A stretch of 64,000 bases of DNA from Patellaria atrata CBS 101060 (taxonomy: Eukaryota). The notes beneath the pieces are model-generated. The model was not told the origin of the DNA and did not search any database. It saw nothing but the letters and a program-made list of their open reading frames with translations. The stretch covers positions 523,086 through 587,085 of the forward strand of contig MU006106.1 in the NCBI GenBank assembly GCA_010093705.1, given 5' to 3'. Shown piece after piece: positions 1-13,259 of this stretch. The position numbers and the translations under genes were made by a program. The first letter of the stretch is position 1, and each line of letters begins with the position of its first letter.

Positions 1-3000
1 GCAATATTGGAAGTATCAGCCTTGAATTCTCTCGTCAATGCTAGAGCAATGATGAGTTTGTAGATGAACCGTTGAATGGCAACAACCGTGATCATGCCCA
101 GGAGAGCTTTCGAGAAATCCCATCCTTCAAGGAAGAACATGACTTCGAAGAAAACGAAAAGCATGATAACAGCAATGGCGTGAGCAATAGCGGCTAAAAC
201 AGCACCAAACTTCTTGCAGCACATGCTCAGGAGTGGGCCCATACAACATGCCATCAAGAAGAAAATACCAGCGACACCAGCGTTGACCGCGATAGGACCA
301 AAGGCGCAAAGTGCAACACGGATGAGAGAGTGAGTAGGCCTAAGGTCCTTGCCATCATTGTTCTCCTCAATAACACCCACCTGTGAGTTGATGAAAAGGT
401 AGGGCACAAGGGTGACGGCAACAAGGAAGAGAGGACTGATGATCTCACTGAATAGCACGTTCCTAAATCGGGCACGCGGAACATCGCCGGAAAGCTTTGA
501 TGATGGATCGCCCAGGGCCTTGCGCTTGTAACCGGTAATGCGAGTACGCGAAAGACGGCAGAATCCAATCCAGGACGCAGCATGAGACCTTGTGTTACCA
601 CGGGACAGCCACCTGAGGAATTCGCGGTAGTCGATGAAGAAGTCATTCCAGGCAAACTGGTGCGGGTTGAACATGAAGGGGGAGATGCAAAGTGAGAGCA
701 GCGAGGCCCAGAAGTAAAGCAGTTCAGCTCCCCAGATGGTTATTGTGCCGAAGAGCAACATCATCAAGGATCTAGCACCGAGATAGATTGAAGGACCGGC
801 AAACCGTGAGTACAAGATACCAAAGGGGATACGAGCAGTTGCGAAGCCACGTCCAGTACCAATGTAACGAGCACCACCGAAAGCCAAATCATTGTGGAGT
901 GAGTTCGCGTAGATTTGACAGACGAAGATCTCGAACATGGGCGACAAAGAGGAGAAGTGCTTTGCCAGACGAGTAGCTGCTCGCCAGAGACCACGTTCTG
1001 TAAGTTCTTGGACGACCAAAGGTACGAAAGAGATGAAGAAGACGATGAAGATGGAGACAACACAACGCTCAACCCAGTCGAAGATGGGATTGAGGTTGGC
1101 GCAACCAGTGGGCATTAGTGGATCGGTCTTCGGAGCACCCTTCTTGACATGGCAGAGTTGAGTCTCGTGTCGCAAAGCTCCCAAATTGATCAGTACGAAC
1201 ATGAAGAACTGTACCGACAAGATGATGAACAGGTTATTGATGTGGAACCCAGGGTGAGCGTAATAGAATGACAAGAAACGATCAAGAGGAAGCTGTGTAC
1301 CAAGGTAGTAGTATTCACGAGACAGCATTTGTTCGCCCATGCCAGTACCGATCTTGGTGGTGAAGTTGAGAATGGAGCCAAAACCAAGATCACGACCTTT
1401 ACCGCACTGGTAGTATTCGCAATGCTTTATCCTACCGCCGCGGATAAGAGCATTCATACCAGCGTAGATATCCTCGTTGAGATGCAAGCCCTTTTGAGCT
1501 TTGGAGACACCTCCACGAGTAGTCATGAAAATACCGTTGAGGAAATCCGGATGACCGTAATGCAATTTACCACCGATTTGGGCCAATGAACGAGCAAACA
1601 TAGTACCAAACGTCTGTTCTTTACCAGCTGCGACATCACCGAGCATACCAATGTTCTCAGAGAAGATGTACTCGCGAGCTCCGAGAATAGCAACGGGGTT
1701 GAAGTTGGACGGTTGAGCACCTGGTGCATACGGCGATACATTGTCGGTGGTCATCTCCTCGAATTCAGCAAGCACACTTCGAATCTTCAAGCATTCTTCG
1801 AGATAGTTGTCCTGGTTGGCATCGATGAGCTGGATGTACTCTCCACGATAGAAGATGATACAATGATTTTGATTGTCAGATTTACCGTCACCGAGGATGG
1901 GATTACCAGAGAGCTGAATTCGGAATTTAGGGCGACGCATGCCATTCTCCATCAACTCGGAGTGACCGTCGATGAGCGCAGAGTACAAGCGCGGATCTTC
2001 ACCTTCGTTGACAGGCGGTTCTTCATCGAGGTAAGCGATCTGAAGATCTGGGTAGGCACGAAGCAGGAATTCCGTATTTTCGCGCTCTTCCTTTGAGAAT
2101 TTGGCATAGCGTTGCATGGAGACCACGATCTTGTACTTGCGACGGGCCATGCGTTCCAATTCACGCTCGAGCTTGTCAGAATTTCCACCGAACATTTGAA
2201 CCACTTCGGGATTCTCAACTCGATAAAGTAGCTTGATCGCACGGCTGTAGTTCATAAAACCAGAGATAGTACGGTACAGAGTTTGAGAGCGGAGAGAAGC
2301 CCAGATACGCGTTCGGAGTGTATATTCTGGAGCAGCAGATTTGAATCCAATGCAGTAGAAAGGAAGATCATCAATCTTGCTCTTCTGGGCATCCTTTTCA
2401 GATTTCTCGTAGTCACCGTTGAATTGAGACGTCTCATCGGCCAGAATTTTTGTATCTTTCACAAAGCAATCCCATTCGTGAGGATGAAGTTGCTTGAGGT
2501 ATTCTAGAAGAGTGACGCGGGAGTAAGGTTCATCTTCACGGATGATCTCACGAAGAGACAGTAAAATCTTCTCGCTGTAGTGAGGGATCAGAACTGTGAA
2601 AGTAGGCATGTTGTCAACCGGGAGAGGCTCCGGAATCGGTGTGGACAGAGATTGTGCAAAGAAGGAGATACGACGCTCGGCCTCGCTGTGAACCGGAAAG
2701 AACTCAGTCTTAAAGGAATGATCTTCTTGTGATACGAAGAAAGTTGGAGCTCTAAGAGTTCTCTTTCCCTCTTGTTCAGATGGGACCTGGTGATAGAGCA
2801 GCTTTTGTACGTGGTCAATACCTAAGAGATGTTCGCGGTACATTGAGATAACAATCGCGTTCCAGATTTGCGAGATCAAAACCTTAGGCTTATACTTGAT
2901 TTCCATGTCTGTGGTGGCGAGAATCTTAGAGTAAATACGCTTTGGCAGGCGAGAGAAGATGTTACGCCAGGGGGTCCAGATCGAAATACCCAGGTAGAAT

Positions 3001-5370
3001 GATCGCGCAACTGAGAAGAACATGTTCAGAATGATGTACCAGAGATAGGTATCCAAGAAGAACAGCATGAGACCGGTGAAAAGCATCAATCCGAGCACAA
3101 CCTTGGGCTGGTGAGGGCACAACATATCCTTCAGGATAACATCACCCATGCAGTTGTGAATCTTCATCGTATAAAGGATCTCGATGGGATCTTTCATGGA
3201 AAGAACCAAGAAGACGTAGGATTCGATCAATTTAGCAGCGAAGACAAGGACCCAAAGACCGTAGGACATCCACATGTCGTTGCCATGAAGACGGGGATAA
3301 CTAGCGGTGAATGTCTGACTAGCAACATATTGACGCGTCTTCTTGGTCAGATAGCTCCCAAAAAGACCACCAAGAGGCATGACCGAGAAGAAGAAGAAGG
3401 TAGCAAGAGCAACGAAGAATTGCACGATACCCAAGATGATAGCTATTTGACTGGTTTGCGATACAGCAAAGATGTATATGCTAGGACCGAGGTTGACGGC
3501 GAAGACAGCGAGCAGGAAAAGTAGCCTCTTGGTTAAGTGCTGTGCACCGGTCCATTTCCGAGGTACGTACGCCCATTCAGCAAGAGTAGCGAAGATCATA
3601 ATAAGAGTAGCGAGAGTCCCACCAAGAGCAACAGCGGACCATGTTGCAGCGCGGTTTGGTTTGTTGTTCAACTGTTGTTGATAGTTCTGGGTGTAGAGTG
3701 GTTGGGCGTTGTAGGCGACGTAGAACCAGTAGGATCCTATGTGGATGACCCAGATACGGTTGAAATTGACCAGCATATGGAACCAGGATCGAGTTTCCTT
3801 GTAGGTTTTGAAGAATACCTTCTTCCACGCTACATCCTTCAGCTTCTCGAATCGCTCTGCAGGCGGAAGGTCGACGATACGAGACTTGTCTTCCATGACG
3901 ATTCGCTCTATACCCTCTGGATACCAGAATAACTGATTGATATCATCGTAACCAATGATTTGCGCATGATCACGTTCGCGTCGAATGTACTTTCCGTCTT
4001 GGATCTCGTAACCTTGATCTCTAATATATTGGTAGAGCGGAGTAATAACGTTGTTTAGGTATGTGAATTCCTCGACCGGTTCGACGCGATTCTGGCAGGC
4101 TGGGGATTGATAGTAGTCATCTGCACACTTGAAAATGAAGCAAAGACATTCGGGCATGAATCGCACTTGGTTGGCTTCGCCCCAGCACAGAAGGTAAAGA
4201 GCGATTTGACGGACACGATCGTGCTGAGACATTCGGTTCATACGGGTTCTCCATCGGTATTCAGCGGCCTCCAGGCTATTGTCTCCTTCTAGTGCATCCA
4301 GGGTCTGTTCTTCGTTCTGGGGATTTTCGGTTGCCTTCTTCTTTGCGGCCTTGCGAGCTTTACGCGTTCGTCGGTTGGCTTTTCCAAGCTTCATATTTGC
4401 AAATCCGACGGCGTCGTCAAGGTCAAGATGAGCGGCGAAATACCATCTTCGGTAGTTTGCGTTCTCTCCTCCGATATAATCCGCATGAAGAGAGAGGAGT
4501 GCTTGGTTGGGGGACATTCTCGAAGCACGAGAGTCGAGAAGAGTCATTAAATGATCGAACATATTCCGCATGCTGTCCCGCTGGAAACCAAACTTTGCTG
4601 TCAAATCCAAGAAGATATCCTCAATCTCTTCCTTTGATAAAGGAATTTGAGCGTCAGATGTCCACGCAGGGTAGGGTTCCCTGGAGCGTTGGCCAGCTGG
4701 GAGAGCATTGTTGTACTCCATTCCATAGATTGGGGTTGACGCTCCGGATGATCGGTTCCCGCCATAAGAGATTTGAGATGAAGGTGGCCTATAACCACGA
4801 CCGTTGTATTGACCCTCTTGATAGCTATTGTACCTCTCATCACCTCGACCGTAATAGTCCATCTCAGCAGCGCGAGCCATATCCGATCTCATGGTGAAGT
4901 CACTGAAGGTCTCTGAATCTTCCTCAGAATCGTTTCCACGACGGCGAGGTTTACCACCGCTTATCATCATTAGACCTCCATATTTGGAAACGTTGAAGAA
5001 TGAAACTCACTTGTAGCTATTATGCCCGTATTGTGGCTGCTGTCCTGCAGCGGGAGCGCCTTGATCATAGTACTGATCATTGTAGTACTCGTCTTGATAG
5101 CCTTGGTTATTGTCATAATAGCCATCTTGCGCGTATTGACCTTGTTGTCCATTGTTGTAGTACGACCTAATGAGATGTTTAGTGCTTGAAAACTTCTTCC
5201 AATGATCGTTGTACCACATACTGTTCATCGTAATACGCGTCACCAGCGTGCTGTCCATTGTAATCTTGATCGTAGTACGCTTGATTGTTATCATCTTGAT
5301 AGTAGGAATCCTGGCCCTGATGATGGTTGTAGCCATCATCATACTGGCCTCCCTGCGGATGCCCCGACAT
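1..5370 (-). CDS. FKS1: 1,3-beta-glucan synthase catalytic subunit (GT48), 3'-truncated by the window edge; complement(join(<1..4959,5011..5166,5222..5370))
   Basis: Hand translation gives [35 protein letters not shown], hot spot 1 FLVLSMKDP (3212-3186), [37 protein letters not shown], hot spot 2 DWVERCVV (1079-1056) and [12 protein letters not shown] at the edge. The spot-checked exon 3 motifs share one frame. Introns are 5221-5167 (GTATGT..TAG) and 5010-4960 (GTGAGT..AAG). It is probably missing from the ORF track because exon 3 has no stop inside the window. Confidence 0.97.
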
Positions 5371-6363
5371 GATGCGAAGTAATTATTAGGGTCTATCGAA
5401 CAGGGAATAATCAGCAATTGTTGGAACTTTGCAAGAGGGTTTGTTGATGAAGAATGTATTGAGAGCCGCCTCGGAAGATAAGAAGTTCTGAAACGCGAGC
5501 GGAAGCAATCTCGTTACAAGGGGACACTCACATCAAACGACTGTAAGCATTACCGAGTGGCGGTGCTAGACAGTGACAATTGACAGTATTAAAGGCGTGA
5601 AAGGCCGTTTTAATTCAAAACCCAAGATGGAGTATACCGACACCTCGTTCTTGACGTTGAACGAGCGTTGTTGAGTGAAGTGAGTGACTGTTGGGCGTGA
5701 CCCGTAATGTTGTGTAAAGAAGTAGAATGACAGAGAGCTTGACCGTGGTCAATCAACTCAATGAGTAATTATTAAAGTGTGAGGAAAGTGTAAGTCGAAA
5801 TTTTCGAAACTGAGCGAAAGGAAGCGGTGGTGTTGAGTTCGGGATGTCTTTTGGATGGTGCTGTGTTGCTGTGGGCGACGCGCGGATTGAATTTGGACGA
5901 GGTGCTGCGGCGGCCAAGCTTGATTGGACTCTCCCCTCCCTTCGCCGAATGCACTATCTTTTCTCCTGCGGCTAACTGACGCTTCCAGCACTCTGCTGTT
6001 CGGACAGCTGTTTTCCTTTGGGACGATTCTCTCTCACAGGATTGAGGCGAGAGGAAAAGGGAAAACAACACAAAGAACGAAAAAACGAGAGTCGGGGTAA
6101 GAAGTTGGTTGTTAGTGTAGGGAGAGCGAGTGAAAGATTTTTGAGGAATGGGCAGGTACAAAGAGGGAAAGGGAAAGGGGCAGCTGGAAATGGCACAGCG
6201 GGCTTGGAAGTTTGGGAAGGATGTGGGATCACTAGCAGCAACTGTAACGGCTTCTGGGCATTTTAGAGGTCAGTGGAGCAGGTTTCCCTTTCTTACGGGG
6301 GGTTTCCTTGGGGGGGGTTGTCTGGTAACTTTTGCCAGGTTATTGCTGGTCAAAGATCCGGCT

Positions 6364-6371
6364 TGAGCCAC
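6364..6371 (-). promoter_or_regulatory. Candidate Crz1/CrzA calcineurin-dependent response element (GTGGCTCA)
   Basis: TGAGCCAC on + reads GTGGCTCA on -, an exact match to the yeast consensus GNGGC(G/T)CA, about 1 kb upstream of the FKS1 ATG. It is a single short motif. Confidence 0.35.
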
Positions 6372-8792
6372 CGCTAAACCTATAGCTGCTCACGGCTTGT
6401 TTCGCTTCTGAAGCAAGTTAAGCAACTTAGAAGGGGATTCTTTGAACTTGCACAACTACTGGTAGAAAATTGCAGGTTGAGTGGATCTCACAAAGATTAC
6501 GACCGAATTTGGATGCAGGGCCTAAAGTGCCATCGTGCAAGCCTTTCCAACGCCTTTTACAAGCAGCAAGCATCGTGGCGACTGGCGACTGAATCCATGC
6601 CATTCTTACGGAGGAGGCACCTCAAAAAAGCCTAGAGAGCACGACAGCCTGTAACCAGGAACTCGCCGTACGCAATCATACATTGATGTCTTTATCCACG
6701 CTATCCGCCTATTAGCTAGCAACTTGTTCATTTCAAGGTTTCCAGCAATTCGCCTCCGACATACAATATGCATGAACACCACCATAGCAATTCAAGAATT
6801 CGGCAAACAGTAACAGAAAACATCTTTAGGAAAGAGATCAGCTTCTCTTTGAATCTCGACGCTCTTTTCGTTCATCAGCTGTCTATAAAAGACACTCTTT
6901 CTAGCTCTAGATGAGCTCTCCCCAGACTGATTTTCACCTGTGGCAAAATCTTGCTTCTAATTTTACATTTTCTGCTTCGGATAAGGAGTTCTCCTCAACT
7001 GCCTATCCCGTTCAGAGCGACTGCCGCGCTATCGAAATCGTCACGCAACTATTTCCTCGAATATTATCGTTTTAGGTTACAGCTCTTCTGAAACCTACAT
7101 TCTAACACCTTTTCTGGTCTTCGAAGTAATTTGTTCTGTTGCTGTGGCTGTACCTCTTTCTCAATAGTCGTGAGAGTTCTCGTTGTGCATCCTATCGGAA
7201 GACTTGGGTCTCACGGTTCTTTCATCACGTCACGATTCCTCAAGCTTTGATACTAGCCAGCGCAGCGTTAAGAGGGATCTTCGCACCATCGTGGATCCTA
7301 GTTTTTATTAATTACTGTATTATTATGGAGTACCAACTGTACAGTACCGGCCCATGCATCTTTAAATTTGTCTTGGATTTTTGTACTTGGAAGTCCGGTA
7401 AGGTAGCACTTCGAAGCTTCTGATAAACTTGATAAGGAGGCAACTTATCGAGATCCCCTGAGGGTGGCGTTTAAAGTCCCTGTCAAGCGGCTCGGTGAAC
7501 GGATGCAATTGTGTTCCAGAAGAAAGGGGCGATATTCTCCAATCAGCCAACATCATGAGATCTGCTTCGAAGCAATCCCATCAGTCTTCGAGAGGATCAT
7601 CTAAAAATATCTTATATCAGGTATAGATATTATTGTCAACTTACAGTACAAGTCTCCTCCAGATCTCAATTGTTTAACGGAAATTGTTTTGACCGAAGAT
7701 AATTATCTTCAACCTATTCAATTGGTAAGCACGAGGCACATTTGCATGAAACCGCGACAGTAAGCTCGAGCGCGTTTCTGCAAGGTACCAAATCCTCGCC
7801 TACAGCAATTAATATCTCCTGCTTCGATTGTGATGATCTGCTAACGCCGAGCTGTTATAATATCATCTTAGCCATCGAATAAGACCGACTTCATCATAAT
7901 CTGTAGAAAACCAATCGAGATGGATAGTTCAGATGTGTATGGGAGGTTCTTCAAATCTCCGGTGCATTCCTTTACCTACCTACATGTAGATACAGCGATG
8001 ATGGGTATAACAGCTTTGTCGAAGGGTCTAGTCAGTCCGTTTTCAGTCCAGTTTCTTAAAGGGGACTGTCCTTGTAAAACTACATTCTACTACCGAAGGC
8101 TTGAGTCTAAGAACAAGCACTGGTGCTCCTGAAATCATGGAACTTGTAGGATGGTTTCATAGCAAACCGGTCATTATTAGATAGATCCATCACTCGTAGC
8201 AGGAAACAAGCCTTTTTTCCTTTATGACGATGTACCTACGATATTGATATATTTTGCCCCCTCCTCTGTCCCTCACTCTCTGTCTGCCTCGTAACTTTGT
8301 AAAACACGAGAGTACAGATCTATCCGAGGATTATGGTGAGCGCCAAACGTGACTTACGAATTCGAAAATTGATTGCGCGTCTCAGAAATCGGGTTAGGCC
8401 TGTTTCGGCTAGTTTTACTCGGTCTATTTACTGACACGCATTGCCGCGACTTTTTGCATCCCCTGAGACTAAAGAGGGAGAGGACATTTCTCTGGGCAAC
8501 CTCAAAACTTTGCCCTTCTCTCCAACAATCATTCACCTAGTCGAACAACTTTGATTGTTCTTCCCTATTCCGACGTTCCTACTAATCTTAGTTTTAAACA
8601 CCTTTTCTCGACACTCGTTACCACAGCACATTCCATTAACTCCTTCGTTGGCTTTTGATCGCCAGGGTCTCCCTTTCCCGGAGAAAGAGCTCGACCTCGA
8701 CATTCCTCACGCCACATCCCAGTGCTACTACAAAATATTTCTCTGAGCCTTAGTACTACTTAAAATATTATAATATCGGGTGAACGTCTGCA

Positions 8793-10519
8793 ATGAAAAC
8801 TTTTTCAACTTTTGCGGCCGCTGCCGCCATATTTGCGACTGCGAACGCGGCTGTTGACCACATTGTGATCAAGGTTTGTTCAGTTCGCCTCATCGTCATC
8901 GTCTTGCTCCGATTGACAGTGTGTTTCTAGGGTTCTAAGTTCTTCTACGAGGGCAATGGCACTCAATTCTTCATGAATGGTGTCGCATACCAGCAAGATG
9001 TATCCACCAACGGAACCCTTTCTGGTAACGATGAGTATACCGATCCTCTCGCCGATCCCAGTGTCTGCAGGCGCGATATCCCATTCCTAGTACAACTACG
9101 AACGAACACCATCCGTGTCTACGCTTTAGATCCAGAGAAGAATCATGATGATTGTATGAACCAGCTTGCGGACGCTGGCATCTATGTCATCGCAGATCTG
9201 TCACAACCTGGCCAATCCATCAACCGCGACGATGCTTCGTGGACTGACGACCTTTTTGAGCGTTACACCAGCGTTGTAGACATGATGGCCAAGTATGATA
9301 ACACTTTGGGATTCTTCGCCGGAAACGAGGTTTCCAACCAAGCAAACAACACCGTAGCATCTGCTTTCGTGAAGGCTGCCGTCCGTGATACCAAGGCTTA
9401 TATCAAGCGTCAGAGATATAGACCTCTTGGCGTTGGGTATGCTACCAACGACGACAAAGACATTCGTGAAGATCTCGCTGCCTACTTCAACTGCGGTGAC
9501 CCCGACGATGCCATTGACTTCTGGGGTTACAACATCTACTCGTGGTGCGGTAGATCCTCCTTCCAAAGATCCGGCTTTGATGTTCGCACTCGTGAATTCG
9601 CGAGCTACTCTGTTCCTGTCTTCTTTGCCGAATACGGTTGTAATGAAGTCCAACCCCGTCTCTTCACCGAGGTTGGTGCTCTATATGGTGATGAGATGAC
9701 AGACGTCTGGTCTGGTGGCATCGTCTATATGTACTTCCAAGAGACTAATGATTTCGGTACGTTAAAAAAAAACCCCCCCACAACATCGTGACGTAGATAA
9801 TCATACTAATTGTCCCTCTAGGTCTCGTTGAAGTGAACAACAATAGAGTCAGCACCCTCGCGGATTTCGATAACCTCTCATCCCAAATGGCCCGAATTGA
9901 CCCCACCGGTGTCAATATGGCGGATTACAATCCCACCAACACCCAGCCCGCTGACTGCCCGGCCGTTAACCGCGGTTGGCGCGCTCAGGCTACTCCCCTC
10001 CCACCAGTCGCCAACAAGGAGCTCTGCGAATGTATGGTCAACTCTGCATCGTGCGTTCCCGCAGACGATCTTGACGAGGATGACTACGGAGATCTCTTTG
10101 GCACCGTCTGCGGTCTTGAAGACGGCATTTGCGCTGGTATCGAGCACAACGCTACTACTGGAAGTTATGGTGCATACAGCATGTGTAATCCCAAGCAACA
10201 GCTTGCGTTCGCCCTTAACGCGTACTTTCAGAGCCAGAACAGACGTCAAGATGCCTGTGATTTCCGAGGTCAGGCCAAGACTCAACGTTCCTCGGATGCG
10301 TCGGGTAACTGTGAGCGTCTGATGGATCAAGCGGGCGAGGACGGTACCGGTACCGTTACCTCCGCGCCTACCGGAACCGGTGCCGCGGCCGGCTCGGCAA
10401 CTTCCTCGGGAGCTGCTGTTGGCGCCGTCACCGTTCCTAGAATGGAGACCGGTTTGATGCAGTTGGGTCTCTATGTTGTCGTCGCCATGTTCAGCGGTGC
10501 GGGTATGTTGCTGCTTTAA
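8793..10519 (+). CDS. GPI-anchored 1,3-beta-glucanosyltransferase, GH72 with X8/CBM43 domain (Gel/Gas family); join(8793..8873,8931..9756,9822..10519)
   Basis: Signal peptide [30 protein letters not shown], catalytic FAGNEV and [17 protein letters not shown]; Cys-rich X8 domain ([20 protein letters not shown]); S/T/G/A linker and hydrophobic GPI signal. Two in-frame GT-AG introns. Confidence 0.96.
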
Positions 10520-12212
10520 GGGAATCTTCTTTTCTGCATAGGACTGGGGTTTGATTTTTTCCTGTTTACCTAGGTTTGTAGACTAGATGTTATATTATTG
10601 GCTGTTTCTGAGCGGAAAAGAGGTTTAAGTCTTACATTTGTTAGCGGGGATTTGGGAAGGGGAGGGTAGGTAGATGAATTGATGTGGATTCGAAAAAAAA
10701 AAAAAGATTTGGTTCATGCTGTGAGTGATATGCTCCTCCGTTGATTTCCTACTTTGTACGTCCTTCACCCTTACCCTTTTTAGAACTCACTCTTGCCATT
10801 TCCAAGGTACAGTACCTTACCGAACCCCAGGTCCCGTCTGGTCTGACGAGTTGCTATTTTTAATCCAATAATACCGCATTCCCTGCTCAGTCTTGCCGGT
10901 TCTTCTGTCCCGCGCGGTATTGGTGAGTCTAATACTGAATCTACTGATACCATAGAGGAATGGGAGATGTTGGAGCTAGCACTTTAAGGACGTTCATAGG
11001 TTATCATACTACGGACTTTGATTTTTTGTTTACAGTACGTAACGGGTTGGGTAAGGTGGGAATTTGGGATGAGTATCGACGCAGGGGGAATACTGTATAC
11101 GGGTATCGCTATTTAAGAGAAGTAAAAGGGGGATGTCTAAATATGAAGCTATCCGTCTAACTAAATCCATCTAAGCTGAATCGACCTCTTCCCCCTTCCC
11201 CGGTATGAACTAATCTTCGTTTTCTCCGTTTTGTTCTGGGTGTTTGATAGGTTTGACGGTGTAGTAAGAATCCAGAATCTCGATGTCTCTCTAATACACA
11301 TAAGATGCTTGGATAAGACTATCTCGTCTTAATAGCTATAACATCTCCCTCTCATATATACATATTGTCCCTCCTCTGTCTCTCCTCCTCCATTACTTTA
11401 GTCCGTCACACTTCTCTCTTAATATCCCCTCTCTCCCTTTTCCCCCAATCACCGCGAAGCATGCCCTCTGCTTTTTTTTTCCCTTAAACTGACACGCAAT
11501 ACCACCACCCCCCCCCCCCTTCCCCTTAAACTAGTCGATACCATCATCTCGAGTGCGACCATTTCCGCTGGGATCTAGAAATAAATTACAACCAGAGAAC
11601 TAAGCGCAATACTTCAGATATTTAACGTAGATATCCTAAGCTCTTTATAGATACGTGCCGTTGTCTCCGTTGGTGGTTTTAGCACCCGGATCGTAACGTT
11701 CTACTAATAGCCGTCATTTACGCTCTTTCAGCGAGTTCTATGAGAGGGAGGTCGGGATTAGGTGGTGCGGTTTTGGGTCTGGTATGGTCGGTCGCGGCAA
11801 CATGTGTAGGGGATGATTAATAGGAGGAGTTTAAGTTAAGAGACAAGGGTTCAGTGAAATGACGGAAGAAAATCGTCCAAGTAGAGTATTTGTTGGTAGT
11901 TTACTTCTTGTTTGGTTGGACGATCATTCCGATGTGTATAACAGCGTGGTTAACTCTAGACTATATGGGTTTGAAAAAGTTAGCGGGAGAGTAGGTCTTT
12001 CAGCACCTTGGGGAGAAGTATGTGTACGTACCGGGTCGTATGCGATCTAGTCATTCAAATACTCACAGTACACAATAATACGATAGACCATAGACATAGG
12101 CTATATGTACATAAGTAATTAAGCTATTTGAACTATGAGTGGAAGTGCCAGAGTCATACCGATCAAGAGTACGGTCATCACAAACTCTCCTCCTTTTGTA
12201 CAGAACTCTCGC

Positions 12213-13259
12213 TCAACCATTCTCTCGTTCGACCTGATCCTCCGCTTCGTACGGATCAGCGAAGGGATCATCGACCCCCGCATCCTCATCATACTCTCCG
12301 TCAGACTCATCCTCCGAAGCCGTACACCAAGCATTACCCCCCTCCTCACCAACAGGGTCAGAAAAGGGATTCTCAGGCGGCAAAGTCGGACTGTCCATCC
12401 CCTCTCCCCTCTCCCCATCCAACTCCCCTTGTATCCCTTTACCCAACCCAAACCTGGTCGATCCACCCAACCATCCTGCTCTCTCACGCAACCACCGCAC
12501 TCGCATACCCCTCCGGCTCGCCAACCCCTCCATCCCCCTTTCCCCAGTCCGCTCTTCCGCCCGTGGGTACAGCCTCGGCCAACTTTCTATACTGCTCCGC
12601 TCTTTCATACTCGACGGCATAGTGTGCGAAATGCGCCGTGTAACCCCTCGTACGGCGGGATTTTGAGCAGCAGTTTTGTTGACGGGACTCGCGAAGCGCG
12701 TTACCGGGATGTCGAGCGTATTGTAGCGGGCGATGTAGCCGCGGACTTTTTCGAAGCGTTGTTCGGCAACGTCCGCGAGTTTGAGACCCTCGGTTAGCGT
12801 GATGAGTTGGTCGTCGTGTAGGGCGGGGGTGGATGATGATGGGGGGTTGGTGTGGGTATCAGACGTGCGGATGGAGGTGGGGGGGGATGGGGATGGTGGG
12901 GGTGTGGTGATTGGAGTATGGCTATGTGGGTATCGAGAGGGGATGCGGATGCGAGATGAGGAGTGTTGAGGTGGTGATTGTGAGATGGAGGAGGGTTCTG
13001 CGCGCGTAGGGGCGCGTTTACGGCGTAAGAGAGGGAGATGGGGGGGTTTTGGTAGTATGTGATTACACCTGAGGCCGTCTGGTTTCAGTAATGGGTCATT
13101 CTTCGGGGGTCGATATTTGGGGTTTCCCATTTGTGGTACAGAGTCTGGTATGGGTGGTGATGATCGCAGGGGCGGTGTCTGGCATAGGAAATTTTTATTC
13201 GCGTCTCCGGAGTCCTTGTTGTTTACTTTTATTTTCCCTAGGAAATTAAAGGGAGACAT
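12213..13259 (-). CDS. Hypothetical 348 aa Pro/Ser-rich, mostly disordered protein
   Basis: Uninterrupted ATG ORF with A at -3 and a pyrimidine-rich leader, a short helical segment (LITLTEGLKLADVAEQRFEKVRGYIARY) and an acidic tail. No recognisable domain. Confidence 0.5.
   Translation of the reverse strand: MSPFNFLGKIKVNNKDSGDANKNFLCQTPPLRSSPPIPDSVPQMGNPKYRPPKNDPLLKPDGLRCNHILPKPPHLPLLRRKRAPTRAEPSSISQSPPQHSSSRIRIPSRYPHSHTPITTPPPSPSPPTSIRTSDTHTNPPSSSTPALHDDQLITLTEGLKLADVAEQRFEKVRGYIARYNTLDIPVTRFASPVNKTAAQNPAVRGVTRRISHTMPSSMKERSSIESWPRLYPRAEERTGERGMEGLASRRGMRVRWLRERAGWLGGSTRFGLGKGIQGELDGERGEGMDSPTLPPENPFSDPVGEEGGNAWCTASEDESDGEYDEDAGVDDPFADPYEAEDQVERENG

Noticed and set aside
1..4959. FKS1 looks fragmented in the ORF track, suggesting a pseudogene
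   Set aside because: The listed ORFs are off-frame or antisense. Spot-checked motifs from 4958 to 1 share one frame that runs off the window edge.
10865..10923. Hairpin AATACCGC/GCGGTATT near CTGACGAG (hammerhead or snoRNA?)
   Set aside because: Only 8-10 bp of pairing, with no correctly placed GAAA core and no convincing H/ACA or C/D boxes.
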